A stretch of 12,106 bases of DNA. Source: a virus. Lineage: Duplodnaviria; Heunggongvirae; Uroviricota; Caudoviricetes. Positions 7,198-12,106 of this stretch are shown here, in pieces. The DNA is taken from the IMG/VR virus record IMGVR_UViG_2744054964_000001. One strand, given 5' to 3'. Position 1 is the stretch's first letter. Each line of letters starts with the position of its first letter. Both the position numbers and the translations under genes were made by a program. The notes under the pieces are model-generated. The model searched no databases. It was not told where the DNA came from and saw nothing but the letters and a program-made list of their open reading frames with translations.

Positions 7198-7539
7198 ATG
7201 ATTACTAAAAATTTCCGACTTAATGCGCTGGCGAATAAGTATGCGTCGGCACTGTATAACCACATTACGGCTATCAATGGTGGCAATTACTTCATGGTTG
7301 ACGCGGCAGGCCAGCAAATCCGTGTGGAGATCGTCAATGGAGTAAAAGGCGTTCGCAGCCTGATCGATAGCTACACACTGGCAGCCATGAAAGTGTCCTA
7401 CCCGCAGTGGGAAACCGTGGGGGTCGAGCTTCTTGAGCGTTGCGTCACTAAGGACGGATTGACTGACGTCGGGCGCGAGATATGGCAAAGCATGGTTAAA
7501 GACATGGGCGCGACAGTGGCAGGAGGCAATCATGCGTAA
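7198..7539 (+). CDS. Hypothetical protein (113 aa)
   Basis: SD GAGGGGG upstream; stop overlaps the primase start (ATGCGTAA). Confidence 0.6.
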   Translation: MITKNFRLNALANKYASALYNHITAINGGNYFMVDAAGQQIRVEIVNGVKGVRSLIDSYTLAAMKVSYPQWETVGVELLERCVTKDGLTDVGREIWQSMVKDMGATVAGGNHA

Positions 7540-9973
7540 TATCGACCTTATCCGCGAAGTGACCAGTGCCGCCGCCGGGCGCTGGCCTTATGTGCTGGCT
7601 GGATTGTCTATCGACGTGCCTGATTCATCGCGCCGCCATTCTCCATGCCCTGCATGTGGTGGAAAAGACCGTTTCAGATTCGACGACAACGGGCGCGGTA
7701 GCTTTATCTGCAACCAGTGTGGCGCTGGTGACGGGCTGGATTTAATCAAGCGGGTTAACAACTGCGACACTACGGAGGCGGCACAGCTTGCCGCTGACGT
7801 GCTGGGTATTGATTACCGGGCAGCGCAAACCGACCCGGTGGCAGCGAGCCATAGAAGAGAGCAACTGGAAGCTGACCGCCAGCAGCGTGAGCAGGAGCGC
7901 CAGAAACAGGCAGCAGAGGATGCAGAGCAGCGAAGGGCTACGTTTGCCCGTCTGTATGCCGGAATGCGCCAGAGTGCCACACAGGGCGAATCTGATTACC
8001 TGCAATCAAAAGGGCTGACCGGGTTTAAATATCCGGTAATGCCGGATGGTTCGTTATTGCTGGAGCTGGTGGACGAATCCGGCGCAGTGGCAGCAGCGCA
8101 AACCATTACACCGCAGGGAGAGAAGCGACTCCTGACAGGTTCAGCAAAGCGCGGGGCATATCACGCCGTAAACGCGCCAGAATCGCCGCAGAGCGTTTTA
8201 ATTGCCGAGGGGCTGGCGACGGCCCTTTCAGTTCACCTGATGCGCCCGGACGCGCTGGCAGTGGCAGCAATTGACGCGGGCAACCTGCTACCCGTTGCCG
8301 AAGTGATGCGCCGGAAACACCCGCAGTCGCAAATTATCATTGCCGCAGATAACGACCACCAGCAGGACGAACAGGCGAACACGGGCAAAGATGCCGCAGA
8401 GAAAGCCGCCTTATCCGTGGCTGGCTGGGTGGCGCTGCCGCCGACAGACTATAAAGCCGACTGGGACGACTACCGCCAGCAAAACGGGCTGGAAGTCGCT
8501 ACGGCTGCGTTTAACGATTCGATGTACCAGATTCAGGGGGAAGCCGTGAAACCACAACTACAGGCCATTGCGGGCGGTAAATCCCGCCGTAAAGCCGAAG
8601 TCGGAGATATTGCACAAATGGCAGCCAGCCAGAAAGCGCGGTTGCTTTCATCTCGATGGGATATGTTGGCGGTTAACCCTGATAGTGGCACTGTTTACTG
8701 TTACGAATCTGGCGTATGGGAGAAGCTACCAGACAGTGAATTAGAAAGGGTTATGGTGGCAATTTTCGACGAGCACGAAGCCCACTACACCGAAAAGGGG
8801 ATTAAATCGGTTGTCGCAACCATGAAGCTGCAAATACCGGTAATTGGTGAGCGGAGCGGGGATCTGATTGGTTTTGATAACGGCGTTTATGACCTCGCCA
8901 CGCAGACGTTTTCCGCCCATTCGCCGGGTAACTGGCTGATGAACCACAATGGGATCACCTACACCCCGCCAGCGCCGGGGGAAAATATTACCACCAGCGC
9001 CCCCAATTTTACCCGTTGGCTGAATCATGCAACGGCTGGCGACCATCATAAGGCCGAGCGTATCAAAGCAGCCTTGTTTATGGTGCTGGCGAAGCGTCAC
9101 GACTGGCAGCTATTCATTGAGATAACTGGCGAGGGCGGCAGTGGGAAATCCGTATTCAGCAGCATAGCAACCACGCTGGCAGGTGAACACAACACCGCCA
9201 GCGGTAGCATGATGACGCTGGACACCGCACGGGGACGAGCGCAGTTCGTAGGAAAAAGCCTGATTATTATGCCTGACCAGACCCGCTATGTTGGAGAGGG
9301 TGCGGGGATTAAGGCCATTACGGGCGGCGATCCGGTAGAGATTGATGGGAAATATGAAAAGCAGTTCACAACCGTGCTAAATGCCGTTGTTATGGCAACC
9401 AATAACGAGCCGATGACATTCACGGAGCGAAACGGGGGCATTGCCCGCCGCCGCGTGATATTCCCGTTTAATAACCCGGTATCAGACGCAGACAAAGACC
9501 CGGATTTAACCGCAAAAATCAGGCGAGAAATCCCGGTGATTATCCGCCACCTGCTAACCACCTTTGCCGACCAGAACAAAGCAAAGGCACTATTACTAGA
9601 GCAGCGCGATTCGCAGGAGGCGCTAGAGGTTAAACGCGGCACAGATCCGGTTGTCGATATGTGTGCGGCGCTTTTTTTCATGAACGAACCCAAAGGCATG
9701 ATGATGGGCGGAGGTACATGGGCAGGCCAGCCAGAGCCGAGGACATATCTTTATCATCTTTATCTGGCGTTTATGGAGTATCACGGCCTGGGTAAACCGC
9801 TTTCCGTCAATAAGTTTTCACGCGCCATAAAATCAGCAGCAAAAGAGTACCGAGCCAGCTACCTGACGAGAAGCATTAACGGCAGAGCGCAAACCAACGT
9901 TGGCTATAACGAGAAGGCTGAGGAGTTCATGCCACGCGCTTACGGCGTGGAGAGCGGGCAGAGTGATGATTGA
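7532..9973 (+). CDS. P4 alpha-type bifunctional DNA primase / helicase
   Basis: 813 aa; N-terminal Cys4 zinc ribbon (CPACGGKDRF...CNQCGAGDG); Toprim-like acidic motifs (LIAEGLATA, IIAADNDHQQDE); C-terminal P-loop GEGGSGKS (nt 9128-9151) of D5_N/SF3-type helicase; SD AGGAGG upstream. Confidence 0.9.
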   Translation: MRNIDLIREVTSAAAGRWPYVLAGLSIDVPDSSRRHSPCPACGGKDRFRFDDNGRGSFICNQCGAGDGLDLIKRVNNCDTTEAAQLAADVLGIDYRAAQTDPVAASHRREQLEADRQQREQERQKQAAEDAEQRRATFARLYAGMRQSATQGESDYLQSKGLTGFKYPVMPDGSLLLELVDESGAVAAAQTITPQGEKRLLTGSAKRGAYHAVNAPESPQSVLIAEGLATALSVHLMRPDALAVAAIDAGNLLPVAEVMRRKHPQSQIIIAADNDHQQDEQANTGKDAAEKAALSVAGWVALPPTDYKADWDDYRQQNGLEVATAAFNDSMYQIQGEAVKPQLQAIAGGKSRRKAEVGDIAQMAASQKARLLSSRWDMLAVNPDSGTVYCYESGVWEKLPDSELERVMVAIFDEHEAHYTEKGIKSVVATMKLQIPVIGERSGDLIGFDNGVYDLATQTFSAHSPGNWLMNHNGITYTPPAPGENITTSAPNFTRWLNHATAGDHHKAERIKAALFMVLAKRHDWQLFIEITGEGGSGKSVFSSIATTLAGEHNTASGSMMTLDTARGRAQFVGKSLIIMPDQTRYVGEGAGIKAITGGDPVEIDGKYEKQFTTVLNAVVMATNNEPMTFTERNGGIARRRVIFPFNNPVSDADKDPDLTAKIRREIPVIIRHLLTTFADQNKAKALLLEQRDSQEALEVKRGTDPVVDMCAALFFMNEPKGMMMGGGTWAGQPEPRTYLYHLYLAFMEYHGLGKPLSVNKFSRAIKSAAKEYRASYLTRSINGRAQTNVGYNEKAEEFMPRAYGVESGQSDD

Positions 9974-9990
9974 AACTTTTACGGCGGCAC

Positions 9991-10238
9991 TTATCCCTAC
10001 TGCCCTACTAAAAACGAGACGAGGCCAGACGTAGCAAGGCTTTAAACTAGGTAGGGATATATATTTTTATCCCTACTTATCCCTACATATCCCTACCAAA
10101 TAAAACAGGCAGCAAAATGCCGTTGAAGTGATTTAGTAGGGATAAGTAGGGTTATGTAGGGCAACAAAATTGAATGCCTACCAGTCTGAAAGCCTTGCCA
10201 TTCGTGGCCTGAGACAGTTAGTAGGGATTGGTAGGGAT
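9991..10238. repeat. Iteron cluster (about 11 copies of the octamer ATCCCTAC / GTAGGGAT in both orientations) flanking an AT-rich stretch; putative replication origin
   Basis: ATCCCTAC-orientation copies at 9993-10000, 10003-10009 (variant), 10069-10076, 10079-10086, 10089-10096; GTAGGG(A/T)T-orientation copies at 10051-10058, 10137-10144, 10146-10153, 10156-10163, 10221-10228, 10231-10238; ATATATATTTTT at about 10057-10068; immediately downstream of the primase-helicase gene. Confidence 0.55.
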
Positions 10239-10292
10239 ATTACACCCCCAAAAAGATTCTATGGGGGGGGTAGCTTATAACGAAGGTGGGCA

Positions 10293-10574
10293 ATGAATAC
10301 AGAAACCAGCCAGAAAATGACCTATCAGGAGCGTGAAGCATTGAAGGGGTTTACTGACAAACGCGCATTACAGGGCGACACCCAAAGCCTGCAAATGACC
10401 TTGAGGATGATCGCCCACTGGATGAGGCAGCCAGCAGAAATTGGATTTACAGAATATGCAACACACTGGACGGCGGCACAGGCCGGACGTGATGACGGGA
10501 ATCACTCGACCGCAGCAATGGCGGAGCAGTGGCCTTTAAGGGAAGAAATGAAAAGCGCCTGCCGTGAAGAGTAA
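10293..10574 (+). CDS. Hypothetical protein (93 aa)
   Basis: ATG with SD AAGGTGG upstream; followed by an operator-like palindrome and an intrinsic terminator; no family recognised. Confidence 0.5.
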   Translation: MNTETSQKMTYQEREALKGFTDKRALQGDTQSLQMTLRMIAHWMRQPAEIGFTEYATHWTAAQAGRDDGNHSTAAMAEQWPLREEMKSACREE

Positions 10575-10614
10575 TGCGACACCATAAATATAGTTTTTAG
10601 AGCCCATAAAAAAC

Positions 10615-10630
10615 TTGTCAAAACTTGACA
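10615..10630. promoter_or_regulatory. Operator-like inverted repeat TTGTCA-AAAC-TTGACA (second copy of the 5172-5187 motif)
   Basis: Read directly; differs from the 5172-5187 site by one central base; sits just upstream of the terminator that precedes the AT-rich cassette. Confidence 0.35.
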
Positions 10631-10641
10631 CACAGAACGAT

Positions 10642-10672
10642 GCCACCAGCTACTGAGCGGTGGCATTTTTTT
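10642..10672 (+). terminator. Rho-independent terminator (TGCCACC-N11-GGTGGCA followed by T7)
   Basis: 7-bp GC-rich stem, 11-nt loop, then ATTTTTTT; separates the primase/ori module from the downstream cassette. Confidence 0.55.
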
Positions 10673-10689
10673 GTGCTATTTGTTTCATA

Positions 10690-10766
10690 TTTTGCAATTA
10701 CGGTGATAAATATTGCTATTTGTGAAACTATAATAACTGTTGTTTTATACAGTTCTAAGGGGCGTT
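10690..10766 (+). promoter_or_regulatory. AT-rich promoter region for the downstream cassette (TATAAT at 10729-10734; SD TAAGGGG at 10756-10762)
   Basis: Consensus -10 hexamer and AT-rich upstream tract; candidate -35 hexamers (TTGCTA, TTGCAA) lie at non-ideal spacing, so the exact promoter is not resolved. Confidence 0.3.
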
Positions 10767-10940
10767 ATGGCTATTTCAGCAAAGCCGGTATTGATAAGTG
10801 AGAAGCAAATGGAAGCGATAAAGAAAATTCAGGAGGAGCAGCGTAAAAAATCAGAGGTAGGAGTTGCGCCAACGATCCACGAAATTGCTCGGGGATTAAT
10901 GGATAAGGCGCTGGCCTCACTGGCAAGCGAGGGCGCGTAA
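10767..10940 (+). CDS. Small ribbon-helix-helix-like protein (57 aa), putative DNA-binding partner of the downstream metallopeptidase
   Basis: ATG at 10767 with SD TAAGGGG (the track's 10740 start is a TTG); predicted beta-strand PVLIS followed by two helices (EKQMEAIKKIQEE; PTIHEIARGLMDKALASL), typical of CopG/Arc-like proteins; stop overlaps the next start (TAATG). Confidence 0.5.
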   Translation: MAISAKPVLISEKQMEAIKKIQEEQRKKSEVGVAPTIHEIARGLMDKALASLASEGA

Positions 10941-11611
10941 TGGGCGCCATTCACCAGATATATGAGCATGAAATGTTCTATAACTGGATAGGTGATGGTA
11001 AACGATGTGTAGCATTCCACGAAGCGGGACATGCAGTAGCTGCATGGCTTATTCGCTTAGATATACAGGTTATCGCCGTTATGGATGAATACGGTTACGT
11101 TGCTGGCGAACATGTACATGAGGCCAAGTGTTTGGGTGTTGTTAAACACAGCATAATTCACAGCCACGATCTAGGGCGTTTGCGGGATAGTAAATCTGGT
11201 GTAGTTGGGCAGAATGGTAAAGTTATCCCTTTCATACGTTACTATGCGGATGGTATAAAGCGCGATGCAAAAAAGGCCGCTTTTGTATCCCTCGCCGGAC
11301 CAGTAAGCGAAGCCCTTTACGAAAACAACGATATTTTCAACAAAAAGTATTCGCTACCTCATCGCTATGACATGGCTAACGTAAATGACATGCTCGATTT
11401 AATCTGCGCTACAGATAAGCGAATTAACAGGGAGTTAATGCTTTCTAAACTCGTTGAAAAGACCAAAGCCCTCATGTCTCAATACTGGTATGAAGTAGAA
11501 AAAATAGCGCATTTGCTTGAACGGGATAGCATTGTGAATGGTCGAAATGTTAGCTCGTTAATTGGCATCAACGTCATAGACCGGGCAACGCCATTTTTGC
11601 TGGTGGAATAA
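10940..11611 (+). CDS. Standalone HExxH zinc metallopeptidase, FtsH / peptidase M41-like catalytic domain without AAA+ or transmembrane modules
   Basis: 223 aa; motif AFHEAGHAVAAWLI followed by IQVIAVMDEYGYVAG aligns by eye with the FtsH protease-domain segment YHEAGHAIIGRLV...VHKVTIIPRG; downstream SLAGPVSEAL aligns with FtsH TLYGGRLAEE (third zinc ligand region); visibly lower GC than neighbouring genes. Confidence 0.7.
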   Translation: MGAIHQIYEHEMFYNWIGDGKRCVAFHEAGHAVAAWLIRLDIQVIAVMDEYGYVAGEHVHEAKCLGVVKHSIIHSHDLGRLRDSKSGVVGQNGKVIPFIRYYADGIKRDAKKAAFVSLAGPVSEALYENNDIFNKKYSLPHRYDMANVNDMLDLICATDKRINRELMLSKLVEKTKALMSQYWYEVEKIAHLLERDSIVNGRNVSSLIGINVIDRATPFLLVE

Positions 11612-11824
11612 CTCCAGACCAAACTCATTCGATGATTCATTTCTCCACGGGTAAGCTATGCCGGTATACCTAACTCCGCAGTATTACCGGAATCAGCCAG
11701 GCTACAGGCACACAGGAGGCCACGCAACACAATCCGCGCCGGGATAGGAGTTATATAATACCCCTGATGATTTTGACCAACGCCCACCATTCGACGATGA
11801 AACGCCATTCTGGGGGAGATAAAC

Positions 11825-12106
11825 ATGGTAAACGACAGTAAAGCCGAGGATCTGGAAGCAAAAGGGCTGTACCGACGCGCCGCAGCGCGATGGATGGAAG
11901 TCATGCTGTTATGCACCGAGGACGATGATCGGGAATGGATAAAGCGCCGCCGTGAAACGTGTCTGGAGAACGTGAAGCGCCCGCCCGTGAAGGTTGAGGA
12001 CTTTGGCGACCTACATAAAGCTGTTACCGAAACGCAACACCGCATGGGGATAGCGCAACCGAACGGTAACGCCTTCCGGTTAAATGGCGGCAAGAGGCAA
12101 AGGTAG
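11825..12106 (+). CDS. PerC-like small transcriptional regulator (93 aa)
   Basis: SD GGGGAG upstream; N-terminal AEDLEAKGLYRRAAARWMEVM resembles the conserved PerC-family signature common in enterobacterial P4-like islands; TAG stop at the last three bases of the window. Confidence 0.5.
   Translation: MVNDSKAEDLEAKGLYRRAAARWMEVMLLCTEDDDREWIKRRRETCLENVKRPPVKVEDFGDLHKAVTETQHRMGIAQPNGNAFRLNGGKRQR

Larger units (their letters stand above)
1445..12106 (+). mobile_element. Left portion of a tRNA-Thr-integrated P4-like / PICI-like satellite or cryptic prophage (attL side; element continues beyond the window)
   Basis: tRNA followed directly by a P4-family integrase, AlpA regulator, antirepressor, Icd-like gene, alpha-type primase-helicase and iteron origin, all co-oriented. 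The true attL core probably overlaps the 3' end of the tRNA; the right end is not in the window. Confidence 0.8.

Noticed and set aside
6910-7533. 207-aa minus-strand ORF
   Set aside because: Lies entirely antisense to two + strand genes that have SD sequences and translational coupling; Cys/His/Arg-rich composition typical of antisense frames in GC-rich coding DNA.
7588-9699. ORFs inside the primase gene (minus 7588-7770, 7742-8005, 8741-9100, 9286-9699; plus 7788-8018, 8340-8549)
   Set aside because: Alternative-frame or antisense artefacts within a long, well-supported primase-helicase CDS.
9991-10238. Possible CRISPR array (iteron cluster)
   Set aside because: 8-bp units in both orientations without regular spacers; behaves like an iteron origin, not a CRISPR array.
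11656-12093. 145-aa minus-strand ORF
   Set aside because: Antisense to the PerC-like ORF and its promoter region; Ser/Arg-rich artefact-like composition; no RBS.

Overview
The window is the left junction of a tRNA-integrated mobile element in an Escherichia-type chromosome. Host side: proA (1-1254) and a tRNA-Thr(CGT) gene (1369-1444), the classic thrW integration hotspot. The element starts immediately after the tRNA and runs past the window end, with all genes on the + strand: a P4-family tyrosine integrase; a 650-bp ORF-free spacer full of direct repeats; an AlpA/Vis-type regulator coupled to a 143-aa unknown; an AntA/KilAC-like antirepressor; a DUF4222-like small protein; a non-coding stretch with an intrinsic terminator and an antisense-RNA-like element; an Icd-like small gene followed by five translationally coupled unknown ORFs; a P4-alpha-type primase-helicase (813 aa); an iteron-rich putative origin; a 93-aa ORF and terminator; then a visibly more AT-rich cassette (small RHH-like protein plus a standalone FtsH/M41-type HExxH metallopeptidase) and a PerC-like regulator. 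The architecture matches a P4-like / PICI-like phage satellite or cryptic prophage; no capsid, sid/delta/psu or packaging genes are seen in this window. The most promising candidate for an undescribed system is the RHH + standalone metallopeptidase cassette (10767-11611); the second is the C4/CI-like antisense arrangement upstream of the icd-like gene. All functional calls rest on motif recognition by eye and were not confirmed by database search. Minus-strand ORFs in the track all look like antisense artefacts.
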